Of a stretch of DNA of 44,659 bases, positions 18,601 to 26,617 are shown one piece after another (the stretch's first letter is position 1; each line of letters opens with the position of its first letter). The DNA comes from a virus. Taxonomy: Duplodnaviria > Caudoviricetes. The position numbers and the translations under genes are program-made. The stretch is taken from positions 1 through 44,659 of IMG/VR virus record IMGVR_UViG_3300030102_006518. One strand, 5' to 3'. The notes under the pieces were generated by a model, which saw only the letters and a program-made list of their open reading frames with translations, made no database searches and was not told the DNA's origin.

Positions 18601-21600
18601 ACCATTCCATACATATACTTTATTATTATCATCAGCATCTATCCACATATCACCTACTGTTCTTCCTGAAGTCGATGGTGGGTTATTTTGTCTAAATATA
18701 GATGTTTTACCTGCTATTACATTATTAGCTGAATCTAAACCGTCTTGTAAAGTAGCAGTAGATGAACTAATTGACGAACTTAATGACGATGATACATTAT
18801 CTATATCTGCAGAAGCAGAAGTATATGCTTCGGCTGCACTAGAAGAAGCGAAGGTCTGTGTTGCAGCATTACCGCCTGTTATATTTATACTACCTTTTAT
18901 TTCTAGAGTACCGGCAGAAGAGTCCCAAGCAAGTTTATTACCTGCTGAGCCTGTAAGGAAAAAGTCTCCTTCGTTATCCATATAAGTTGCCCATTCACCA
19001 CCTTTATAGAAACCTAAATTAGTAGAGGTCATATAAAGACCTTGAGCAGAAGCAGTTGGAGGTCTAACAGCTCTACCTGAACTGTCAGTAAATATCTTAC
19101 TGTCTATAGTATTAGTAGTTGTAGCTATAGAGCTAGATAAAGAAGCATCTGATGATGATATTTCTGTTGCTAAAGACCCTGATAGAGAAGCTGTTGCAGC
19201 ATTTAATTCAGCAGTAGTTGCACCAGTACCTCCTGTTATATCTATAGCACCTTTTATATTCAAAGTACTACCGTCCCAGTAAATGTAGTTATTACCGCTT
19301 GTTGCAGTTCCTACTCTAAACTTACCATTACCGTCTATATAAACTCCTGTTCCAGAAGTTGTTGTTATAGAGCTTGCATTTGCTCCTGCAGTAAGAGTCC
19401 CATTATTTAAGGAACTAGAAATCATAAAGTTAGAAGTATCTAAACTAAACGTTTCAGTTTTTATAGTTAGATTACCATCTGTAAAGTTATCCAAACTAAT
19501 AAAGTTGTCAGCACCGCCTACTTTCCAAGCACCATCTGTATACCAGTAATTATTGTTGTTTACAAATATACCATCATTGGTTCCAGATACATCTCTACCT
19601 ATAGATATTTTTTGACCTGTTTCTAATCCTCCTGCAACTGTAGCAACATGAAGTATACCTGCAATAGAACCTGTATCAGCTGTAATAGCTCCTTTAAAGA
19701 ATCCATTTTCTGTATATAAACCAAATCCTGGTTCATTATTACCGTATAAGTACCCTGAGGATAATCCTGATAGGTCTCCTAGTCTAGATCTTAATTCTAA
19801 ATCATAAACCCCTGATCCTGTTCTTTCTACTATATCCATATAAGGAGTAGAAATATCTCTAGGATTAGCATTCATCATTATATACCCGGAAGATACATCT
19901 GTAGCTGGATTAAATACACCTGTTGATAATATTACTTGACCTTCGTTTAGAGGACGTGCAGCGGATACGAGGCCGCTTAAAAATTCTTTATCGGTATCTA
20001 TTTTAAATATAGTATCTCCAACAGTATGTGAATCGGCAACACTATCGTGATAGCCTCTAATAACTGTCAATACTTTATTATTAATAGCAGTAACTTTTAA
20101 TCTTTCATTATCGATTTTGATAATATCTTGTAAGTTTAATCCAGTTGAACTAACTACTTCGATAGTAGTTTCTGATGCTGTATCTATACTCGAAGATACA
20201 GTAGTAATAGATGAAGAGACAGCAGGTGTTCCTCCAAATCCTCTCTCTACGTAAATTTCTCCTGCTAATCCATCAGGGTCTATTGAACCTGTATTGTAGC
20301 TTAAAGCGTTATCCTCTGAATATCTTTTCGTACCAGAAACGTATAAATACTCTACTCCAAATCCTGTATCATCTACAGTTTTTACTTTTAATATTTCCCC
20401 TGTTTCAAATCCTGATACATTAGCTAAAGAAAGAGTAACGGCGTTAGCAGCATATGAAGAAGAACCGGCTATAATAGTTCCTTCTGCAGATCTTAATGGC
20501 TGTATAGTAGAAGCGTTAGTAACCATTAGCTGACCACCAACAACGTTAACACTTTCTTTTTCGAATACAGTAGTTTTTAATGTACCACGTATTCTCATAT
20601 TTTCAAACTCAGCAGAACCGTTTCCTAAAGTATCTATTCTCCAACCTTTAACATTAGTTACGAAGTTAGATGATTCTATAGTGCCTGATGAATTAATTAT
20701 CAAACCTGTTTCACCTTCAGCATAAGAACCTCCAAAGCCGGCAGCAGGAATTGATCTTATTTGATCGCCTGTTATTTCCCATCCACCAACTTTGTTACCT
20801 TGCTGACCGAATTGAGCAATGGTATTACTAGAACCGGTGCCTGCACCATCGTATATTTTTAAACCAAATAAATCTCCTGCGGCATTAGATATTTCTCCTA
20901 ATCTAATTATTTCTTGCCCAGAAGGTTTAAATATAGTTAACCTTTTAGTAGAAGTATCAATATCAAAATTAGTTGTGTCTAACTTAAAAGTATCTGTTTT
21001 AATATCAATACCACTTGTTGTATTGAACCTTAGGTAGTTACTAGCATCCTTAGTAAGATCCAGCGTAGGAACAGCTGCATCCATACCTAATATTAATCCA
21101 GCATCGTTAGTAGCAAAACCTGTTTTAGTTCCTGCAACTATCATTGCGTCTTCAGCGCTTCCTGATATTTTAAATTTATTAGCAGTCCCTACTTCTATAG
21201 CTGAAGAGGCTCCTAATAGTTTTACACTACCACCACCTAAAGACATAGAAGCATGTGTTGAAGATATCTCTATATTAGAAGCAGATATTTCTAATAGCTT
21301 AGTTGATATACTTACATCAGTACCGTCAAATTTAGCAAAGCTTGATGCTCCATCTCCTACATAAAATCTCGGAGTACCACTATTATGTTGTAGTTGAATA
21401 CCTTGATTACCGAAAGTAGAACTCTTAATAGAAATACTTTCGTTCGTAGCATCTAACACTATATTAGATGACTTACGTATTTCTGAGTTAGTAATGGTCC
21501 ATCCTGCTATAGTACCACCGCTAAATAATACTGCTGATCCTGTTATATCACCACTACCTTTTAAACTAAAATTAGATGCTGAGATAAAATGGTCTGTATT

Positions 21601-22146
21601 AGACGCTGCTCCTGATATAAAGAAGTTAGGTGTACCTAAAGTTAAAGGACCGTGTATAGCGTCCGGGGTTATGCCAAATCCAGCTATCAAACCAGAAGAG
21701 GCTGTTACATCTCCTTCAAGTCTAGCTCCAGAAGCAAACATATATCCGCTAGAAGAAATAGCAAAGTTAGGTCCGAAGTGTACATAATAAGGAGCAGTTG
21801 ATGCAGGATCGAAGTCTATATACCATTCGTCTGAGGTTAGTCCTCCGCCTGCGGAATTTGGAGCTTTAGTTTTATCGTAAAATTGACCATTAAATAGGTC
21901 AATAATCATTCTACTACCGGTAATTTGACTATCAGCTATAAAGACGTCTCCAATAGATCCACCGTTTTCTTGGAAGTCAGCAAATGCTTGACCACCAACA
22001 GGAACGTTAATCGTTACGCCATCTTTTCTTTGAAGAGATAAATTATTCTCACTAAATGAAGCAGTAAAGAAAAACGATCTAAAATTAGCATCTAATTCCT
22101 CATGAGTTAGAGGAGCTCCTTTCTCGTCTCTAAAAGTTATAGCCAT
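12685..22146 (-). CDS. Giant (3153 aa) long tail fibre/host-specificity protein with internal repeats, a mini-intein and a C-terminal peptidase S74 intramolecular chaperone
   Basis: G/S/T-rich beta repeats; S|DIRLKENI...GFIAQD...IDY...AIKEL S74 motif at about 12685-12993; N-terminus shared with the collar fibre. Confidence 0.85.
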   Translation of the reverse strand: MAITFRDEKGAPLTHEELDANFRSFFFTASFSENNLSLQRKDGVTINVPVGGQAFADFQENGGSIGDVFIADSQITGSRMIIDLFNGQFYDKTKAPNSAGGGLTSDEWYIDFDPASTAPYYVHFGPNFAISSSGYMFASGARLEGDVTASSGLIAGFGITPDAIHGPLTLGTPNFFISGAASNTDHFISASNFSLKGSGDITGSAVLFSGGTIAGWTITNSEIRKSSNIVLDATNESISIKSSTFGNQGIQLQHNSGTPRFYVGDGASSFAKFDGTDVSISTKLLEISASNIEISSTHASMSLGGGSVKLLGASSAIEVGTANKFKISGSAEDAMIVAGTKTGFATNDAGLILGMDAAVPTLDLTKDASNYLRFNTTSGIDIKTDTFKLDTTNFDIDTSTKRLTIFKPSGQEIIRLGEISNAAGDLFGLKIYDGAGTGSSNTIAQFGQQGNKVGGWEITGDQIRSIPAAGFGGSYAEGETGLIINSSGTIESSNFVTNVKGWRIDTLGNGSAEFENMRIRGTLKTTVFEKESVNVVGGQLMVTNASTIQPLRSAEGTIIAGSSSYAANAVTLSLANVSGFETGEILKVKTVDDTGFGVEYLYVSGTKRYSEDNALSYNTGSIDPDGLAGEIYVERGFGGTPAVSSSITTVSSSIDTASETTIEVVSSTGLNLQDIIKIDNERLKVTAINNKVLTVIRGYHDSVADSHTVGDTIFKIDTDKEFLSGLVSAARPLNEGQVILSTGVFNPATDVSSGYIMMNANPRDISTPYMDIVERTGSGVYDLELRSRLGDLSGLSSGYLYGNNEPGFGLYTENGFFKGAITADTGSIAGILHVATVAGGLETGQKISIGRDVSGTNDGIFVNNNNYWYTDGAWKVGGADNFISLDNFTDGNLTIKTETFSLDTSNFMISSSLNNGTLTAGANASSITTTSGTGVYIDGNGKFRVGTATSGNNYIYWDGSTLNIKGAIDITGGTGATTAELNAATASLSGSLATEISSSDASLSSSIATTTNTIDSKIFTDSSGRAVRPPTASAQGLYMTSTNLGFYKGGEWATYMDNEGDFFLTGSAGNKLAWDSSAGTLEIKGSINITGGNAATQTFASSSAAEAYTSASADIDNVSSSLSSSISSSTATLQDGLDSANNVIAGKTSIFRQNNPPSTSGRTVGDMWIDADDNNKVYVWNGSSFAATPDGTYDQTVLINTTSASLSSSVALDIFTDSSGKLVQTPDTSSADAQGLFLGDTNLGFYSGSQWRTYMANNGNFFLTGSDGQFLSWDGGQLTIQGSINIVSGNAATTSSVASAQTAAQNFAATAAANAVTSGSNAAATAQANALAATNAATASLSSSLSASIAQTDATALTVSASHAATADAFDGVVSGKNSVFRQNDAPSTSGRTQGDMWIDDNDGNRLYIFSGSTWVTASDATFDQAALITSTSASFAATIFTDSSGKIVSTPSTTAAGLYLGDSALGFYNGSKFATFMSNNGSFFLTGSGTNKLAWDGTSLIISGDINVLGGNAATQDYVTGSVNDGTAALSASLSGAIQSNTAAADQASDLATTASAQAAQAVANSDTAITRSVDNTGKITFNPTPSGTGLFMSANNLGYYDTDKWKAYLSSSGEFFLTGSGNSGLVWDGTDLSIDGSIIARDGSIGGIELDATKMYIGSGNHNNADTKFYTDNTGKFSLGNALSWDGTTLTISGSVTVTNENDFASQAELQTVINATSSLANPDSYSFGPSGQPGFALAAITGSITGPGLFFDSEKLGFHSGNNGTFLTYMDKDGNFYLSGSGDQGLAWDGNRLIIGNKGLGPSLTYQFSGSLDSSTFVSDNGTGALATATLTTPVLGNRFNNNNDSHDAGFHSDAFFARSDSPIFEFDVVAGSTNPGTAIGLYKETPSSFGRSQMSHAVYMHHNGQFRIYENGSEIRTQQQLMGTTSAQWTNDTDFSDNQQFRIRIRLLPTGARYTVFKNGNFITPLFVYDSITNGVTEDFVRPGAGFFYSSTSQQVLFQAMAGGHSLGNTTKIAGDMIQTGLIKSNNHSGNTNGNAFTSAGTAIDLDGGALTSTHFRITNYGAAVFKGELSAATGNFVGSLQIGSGNAIFKASPTSGIQLGHASFASAPFSVTPAGVLKATSGTIGGITLGTSKIYIGTGTHNNSNTKFYADNTGKFSLGSKLSWNGTTLSISGDINIEGGNAATTAALNSATASLSSSINESQILAANLSLTSNLELVGRSVRKIANDNSWNGEMKSLHGQAGSAEVIFRVTNVASARRFMMGLNTDPSTNTSFTSIDHAWYINGTTSQIYQNGNSIQTYESISNGDVFKICYDGATIKYYHNNTLKRTESNQSATTTYYLDSSFFDVTNDPILDWFDFSAGSGVNANFDDGFVGGWTIDSDAIFSGTKNTSGFNTGTGITLNSAGSIHSKGFFISQSGDAQFKGLVQGSGITGSLIAGTSIVGGNIEGGSVIGGNISVPTAASPKFSVNSEGIMTAEDAAITGEITATSGRIGDWVIDQTTNALRDDNSEIIFEPNIPEIQMFSGAEKKVIISPLDELTPIADTTTNVNVGSIPSSGGNWSTLTSTTSVSNPTYGVIGSSALSGLATASIQGPDASSNTFTADAKGTFEVTLNVPAFTVKRPSVSATGTTANPSYNASYNNQTHGKITPRKAFLGADLYLCAFNSSNTEIGSVLLAQAHKFGNSSQYNYSQASGTSSGNSSGGYSSGGSSSSPLDFLIAFESVDENSLVTLGNGDKTLAKNLQEGDELKVWDYTQNKFVTDKISKVKKSTRAEYYEVEVDGKAIKVSSGHEFWMENGEALKVEEVNPGFTEIFIDTGNGIEKKLVTKRDLIKEELNVVSLKIPPHVNYIANEIIHHNTATFTWNNSVSFAASTGAQSNAAAQNNKKVLLTISESGTIKLRYKWLLKSSSARNHSTNASGITSYTESHFSVSNQSQTFDSVGSFDTQVQVKLPTNFVELKAGGLQVVSGADKFIKAVRQDAGITGKQTIFQVKGGNLLSDDLLPNTNSTSTSTGFDLGGSGNRWRNLIVYRIFARDNITAFTTSTSSDIRLKENIRPITGALDKVLNLQGVSFDWKDKERGSSIGFIAQDFEKQLPELTYTDTTNNLDDNIDDVKTIDYSATVAVLTEAIKELTAKVNELEKKLESKN
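13558..13965 (-). mobile_element. Mini-intein/Hint domain 2 (136 aa, Ser1...His-Asn, Thr+1), no endonuclease domain
   Basis: SVDENSLVTLGNG...LQEGDEL...VSSGHEF...NYIANEIIHHN|T, in frame in the fibre gene (aa 2728-2863). Confidence 0.8.
16750..19100 (-). repeat. About five degenerate protein repeat units within the giant fibre
   Basis: Recurrent IFTDSSG...GL(Y/F)...LGFY.G...TYM.N.G.FFLTGS...L.WDG..L.I.G.I...GNAAT; coordinates approximate. Confidence 0.75.
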
Positions 22147-22162
22147 TCTGTCTGTCCTTTAT

Positions 22163-22170
22163 TATAAATA
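22163..22170 (-). promoter_or_regulatory. Putative late-type promoter TATTTATA
   Basis: In the 40-nt intergenic gap upstream of the giant fibre ATG. Confidence 0.6.
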
Positions 22171-22186
22171 CGCTCCAATTCGCTTA

Positions 22187-23827
22187 TTAGCCCGTATACA
22201 TAATATAAGCTAGAGCTAAAAATGGAGGTACGTGATGATCTGTATGTATAGTATGGTTATGACCTCCGCCACCACCGGTAGAATTACTAGTTCCGTTTCT
22301 CCAATAAACTCTAGTATTATCATTATCACTGTCTCCACTTCCTTTGTATTTAGTAGGTCCTACATAATCTACTCCACCTATAGCCCCACCAGCTCCTACT
22401 CCTACATTATGTATTTCTATAAAATAAGAATCTTTGTATGTATGAGTATGTGAAGGTATTTGAGAAGTAGTTAAAGTAGTGGTACCTGCATTACCTCCGT
22501 GATTGTGTGATATATCTCCTCCAGTTGCAACTGCGCTACCAGAAACGGTAGTTGTAGGTGTTCCTGTACTATTACTTGCTCCTACTACAAACTTATTTGT
22601 TAAGTCTGGTATAGTTAATCCGTTTACTGTGTTACCACTGTTACCATCACATAAAGTAAATCCTGAAGGTATAGCGTTCATATTACCTGACCACATTATT
22701 ATACCTCCTAATGGAATTGGAGCTGCATTAACTTGTTTTACTATTTTACTTTGTGATACTACTAAGAAATCATAATGATCTGCAGTAGCAGCATTTCCTA
22801 CTGTATTAAGAGTTACAGAACCAGATAAAGTTGAAGAACCACTAATATATAAATCTGCACTACCGGATAATACTCCTCCTATAGTTCCTGTGCCATTTAC
22901 AGCAAGGTTACCAGAACCTGTTATATTTCCGTCTACATGGAGCTTACCTGTAGGTGAAGAAGTTCCAATACCTACATTACCGTCTCCTCCGAAGTGAGCT
23001 ACTAATCTATTATAGGTTGGTTCTTGACTTGAAGTTGCAGGTGCTGAAATTATCGAAAAAGAATCATTACCTGATGTTGATTGAATTCCTACCAACACGT
23101 GTGCGTTTTGAGGTCCTTCTAAAATTATACCTCTTTCATTTCCTACTAATAGATTATTTCCTGTATTACTTTCAATTCTAGGGTTACTTGAGTCCCAAGT
23201 AAAAAGTTTTGATCTATAAATATCTTCATGAGTTTTTCCAAAAATAATACTTCCACTAACAACAAAATCTCCTAAAGATGAGTCAGCACCTTTATGTGTG
23301 ATGTTACCGCTACCTTTTAATCTTAAAACTTCATTACCGTTATTAGTTTCGAAAATTATATCTGCATTGCTATCAGCGTGATGATTTCTAATAGTCAAGT
23401 CTTTAGTAGTACCTCCCATAGCAAAACTCGATGATACGCTACCTTGTGCAATAGCTAATGTACTATTTTCTAATACTACCTTACCTCCATCTACTCTTAA
23501 TTTTTCGCCAGTTTCTAGAGAAGAAGTATTAATTGCTAAACCTACGTTTGAAGAATCATAAACTAATCCAGTTGCTCCACCGAACTGAGTACCGTTTAGT
23601 TTGTATTGAAGTTCATTTACATTTCCAGCTACCTGTACAGAGCCGGTAAAAGTATTTAAGGGAATATTTACTACCCCGGCAGACTGTAAAGCACTACCAG
23701 TATAGAATAAAGATAAGGAAGAAGAATCTGATGGTACAGAAGCAGAATAGAAAAAACTTTGAAAGTTAATATCTAATTCTTCGTATGATAATGCAGATCC
23801 TTTATTAGTTCTTAATGTTATAGCCAT
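22187..23827 (-). CDS. Tail fibre with collar domain and HxH tip (T4 gp10/gp12-like short fibre)
   Basis: PLGGIIMWSG..IPSGFTLCDG...PDL..KFVVGA collar; HNH, HTH, HNHTIH motifs; PPFLALAYIM end. Confidence 0.85.
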   Translation of the reverse strand: MAITLRTNKGSALSYEELDINFQSFFYSASVPSDSSSLSLFYTGSALQSAGVVNIPLNTFTGSVQVAGNVNELQYKLNGTQFGGATGLVYDSSNVGLAINTSSLETGEKLRVDGGKVVLENSTLAIAQGSVSSSFAMGGTTKDLTIRNHHADSNADIIFETNNGNEVLRLKGSGNITHKGADSSLGDFVVSGSIIFGKTHEDIYRSKLFTWDSSNPRIESNTGNNLLVGNERGIILEGPQNAHVLVGIQSTSGNDSFSIISAPATSSQEPTYNRLVAHFGGDGNVGIGTSSPTGKLHVDGNITGSGNLAVNGTGTIGGVLSGSADLYISGSSTLSGSVTLNTVGNAATADHYDFLVVSQSKIVKQVNAAPIPLGGIIMWSGNMNAIPSGFTLCDGNSGNTVNGLTIPDLTNKFVVGASNSTGTPTTTVSGSAVATGGDISHNHGGNAGTTTLTTSQIPSHTHTYKDSYFIEIHNVGVGAGGAIGGVDYVGPTKYKGSGDSDNDNTRVYWRNGTSNSTGGGGGHNHTIHTDHHVPPFLALAYIMYTG

Positions 23828-23829
23828 GG

Positions 23830-24876
23830 TTAAATATCTAGTTTTACTACTACAGTTGTTTCGTTATTGTCTGATACTGGAACTGGTTGCGCCATTTTAG
23901 CTACTGCAACTAATTCACTAGCATCGTTGTATAATCCTACTGTTGTAAAATAAGGGTTAAAGTAACTTCCAGTAGCGTTATCTGCTAAAGAACCGCTACT
24001 ATCTTTTAATATAGAAGGGTTCGTACTGAAGTTAAATTCACTTTCCTTTACAGGACAGTGGTAATTATATGTATAAATAGGTTGAGATGATTGCCAAGTA
24101 ATACTTCCGGAAAAATAGTTTGCATAGTATGCTCCTACTTGAGGATTAGTTATAACTATTAGACCATGAGAATATATTACATTCCCTACTACTCTTTGTG
24201 GTTGAGAGGCTGAAAGAATTAAATTACCGTTGCTATCATCTATTAATGTTGTTTTGTAATCATCAAAACCCGGTATTACAAATTCTTCTACAGTTTCATT
24301 AATATATGTCTCTTCATCTTCTACATATTCGTCATCTTGTAACTCTACTGCACCACCGTATAACGTATCTATTTCTTCAGCAAAGCTTTCCGATGCATAA
24401 TTACCAGAGGCATCGCTACTAGTAAAAGCATAGTTAGATGAAGATACTGATGTAGGAGGAGAAATAATAACGCTACCTGGTTTGATATAAACTCCAAATA
24501 GTTCTTGTGGGACTGATATTACTGTAAATTTTCCTTGTGCCCTTCTTTGATTAGCAGTATAAGAGCTTTGCATATAATTTTCATATGCTGAACCAGACAT
24601 ATCATTAGAGCTGGTTGTTGGCATACCTAAATCATTGTATCCAGAATAATATAGATGATTTATACTATTATATACTAATCTTGTATAATGTTCGTAATTA
24701 GTACCTCCTAATCTTTTATCTCCGGTACTCGGTAACCATTCACCAGAACCAGAGATTCCTATATACGTTTCTACACCGAATTCATCATGTTGACTTCCAC
24801 TAATAGTGAAAGTTTTATGAGCTACATACGATGTTAAGTATGAATCTTCTTTTTTTAATTTTTTGTAAGCAGCCAT
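23830..24876 (-). CDS. Baseplate/tail structural protein
   Basis: C-terminal EFNFSTNP...TTVGLYND..ELVAVAK..KLD, paralogous to the next gene. Confidence 0.65.
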   Translation of the reverse strand: MAAYKKLKKEDSYLTSYVAHKTFTISGSQHDEFGVETYIGISGSGEWLPSTGDKRLGGTNYEHYTRLVYNSINHLYYSGYNDLGMPTTSSNDMSGSAYENYMQSSYTANQRRAQGKFTVISVPQELFGVYIKPGSVIISPPTSVSSSNYAFTSSDASGNYASESFAEEIDTLYGGAVELQDDEYVEDEETYINETVEEFVIPGFDDYKTTLIDDSNGNLILSASQPQRVVGNVIYSHGLIVITNPQVGAYYANYFSGSITWQSSQPIYTYNYHCPVKESEFNFSTNPSILKDSSGSLADNATGSYFNPYFTTVGLYNDASELVAVAKMAQPVPVSDNNETTVVVKLDI

Positions 24877-24879
24877 TCA

Positions 24880-25899
24880 TTAATAATCAAGTTTGATTCT
24901 TATTAAGGCCTCTTTAGTAAAGTCTTTAAGTAATGGTTTAGATAATTTAGCTACACCTAATAGATCGTTATTATCATTATAAAGACCAACAGAAGTGATA
25001 TAAGCCTGTGGGTTATTCACCATAGAGTTATGTCTTAACTCCCCTGAACCTGTAATATTAGAAGGATTATTAGAGTAATTAAACTCGCTATTTCTAACTC
25101 TTACAAATACATAATTAGAGGATATCGTTTCTTCTGAATTTAATTTAAATGATTGTGCTGAGCCATGATTTAGAGCTCCAAATAATATTCCATTATTAGC
25201 ACCATTATTATCAGCTGAACCTGTAGTAAAGTTTAAACTCGTTAAGTGGTTATCTAATGCTTGTCCGTTAAGTAGTATAACGCCGATATCTGGTAAGAAT
25301 TTACCAAATGAACCTGCATAATTATTTGCAGTAGAATATCCGTTACCACCGTCAAATGATACTCCATTAGATCCAGATATGATTTCGTATACTCTACCTG
25401 CATCATTATATGCAACTGTAGATATTTGACCGCTGTTGTCAGTTAGTTCTAAAGTTTGAGAACCTGCATGTAGTTTTATATTAAAAGTACCAGGCATTAA
25501 TTTTTCTTTATATCTAGCTCTATCAACAGAAATAGCAAAAAATCCTTTTGTAGATGGTAATCCTCCGAAAAGAATATCTTGTTCTTCGTCTCCTATAACT
25601 AACGATCTATATTGACCGTAAATAGTTGAAGAAGGTGATTTACCTGCAACGTTTGAATTAAACGGGCTAGAACCAACTCCTGAACTATTAGCATAAGCAA
25701 TAGAAAACTGTACAGCAGAGTTAGATAAATCTGAACCTGTTTGATATACATTTAAGTAGTAGTCTCCACTTGTTGCTGACTCTTGTGTAGAGGAAGTAAA
25801 AAATGCAGAGAGTTCATACGTATCAGTACTCCATACGGTAGATGATATAGAATCTGAGCTTACAATTACGTCTTCGTTGTCGAATGGTTTAAATGACAT
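24880..25899 (-). CDS. Baseplate/tail structural protein
   Basis: C-terminal EFNYSNNP...ITSVGLYNDNNDLLGVAKL...IKLDY. Confidence 0.65.
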   Translation of the reverse strand: MSFKPFDNEDVIVSSDSISSTVWSTDTYELSAFFTSSTQESATSGDYYLNVYQTGSDLSNSAVQFSIAYANSSGVGSSPFNSNVAGKSPSSTIYGQYRSLVIGDEEQDILFGGLPSTKGFFAISVDRARYKEKLMPGTFNIKLHAGSQTLELTDNSGQISTVAYNDAGRVYEIISGSNGVSFDGGNGYSTANNYAGSFGKFLPDIGVILLNGQALDNHLTSLNFTTGSADNNGANNGILFGALNHGSAQSFKLNSEETISSNYVFVRVRNSEFNYSNNPSNITGSGELRHNSMVNNPQAYITSVGLYNDNNDLLGVAKLSKPLLKDFTKEALIRIKLDY

Positions 25900-25905
25900 A
25901 TCTTA

Positions 25906-26565
25906 TTAGTTTATTTTAGTTACGTTAATTGGAATCGTTACTCTAGCTCCACTATCTCTACCAATAATAGTGATTGTACTAGTTAAAGAAGTACTAGAAG
26001 ATCCGTATAACGTGTTAATAGTTGTTCCTGTTAAGTTAATTGAAGTACCTATTACTGTTTTAGATACGTTAGTACCTAAGGTTGTAGTAGCATTTAGTCT
26101 TTCAGCATCAGCAGTGTTTATACCTACACCTGTAAAGTTAGAAAGTAATCTTACGTCTGCTATAGTAACGGTATATCCACTTGATTCAAATGCTTGAGAA
26201 GTTCCTAAAAAGTTCAATGTTTGAGGAGTAATAGTTAAAGAAGCTCCTTGCTTCAAAGTAATAGATGCATATCCTGCTTCTATTATAGGTAATTTAGCAG
26301 TACCTCTTGGTAAGGTAGCTAATTTATATTTCATTACTTGAGTTTCATCAGGAAATGCTTCTAACAATGGCATGTTTTCGATTGCCTCACCGTAATATGC
26401 AGAACCAGATGGGTGTGTAGTATTATACAGTGTATAGTCTATTTCATCATCTGCTAATGCGAATTGGGTGATACGAAAAGATCCATCTCCTCTCGCTAGT
26501 AGCTCTCTTCCTTTTTTGGTCAAGATTGCGTCGACTGTTACGACTGAGTTATTTAAGTATCCCAT
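25906..26565 (-). CDS. Baseplate/tail-fibre attachment protein
   Basis: AILTKKGRELLA...ITQFALADDEIDY resembles the N-terminal motif of myophage fibre-attachment domains. Confidence 0.6.
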   Translation of the reverse strand: MGYLNNSVVTVDAILTKKGRELLARGDGSFRITQFALADDEIDYTLYNTTHPSGSAYYGEAIENMPLLEAFPDETQVMKYKLATLPRGTAKLPIIEAGYASITLKQGASLTITPQTLNFLGTSQAFESSGYTVTIADVRLLSNFTGVGINTADAERLNATTTLGTNVSKTVIGTSINLTGTTINTLYGSSSTSLTSTITIIGRDSGARVTIPINVTKIN

Positions 26566-26585
26566 TTTCTAACTTTTTTATTTAT

Positions 26586-26593
26586 TATAAATA
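26586..26593 (-). promoter_or_regulatory. Putative late-type promoter TATTTATA
   Basis: ATATTTATAATAAA in the intergenic gap upstream of 26565. Confidence 0.6.
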
Positions 26594-26617
26594 TATTGTT
26601 TTATACTTTTATTGTTG

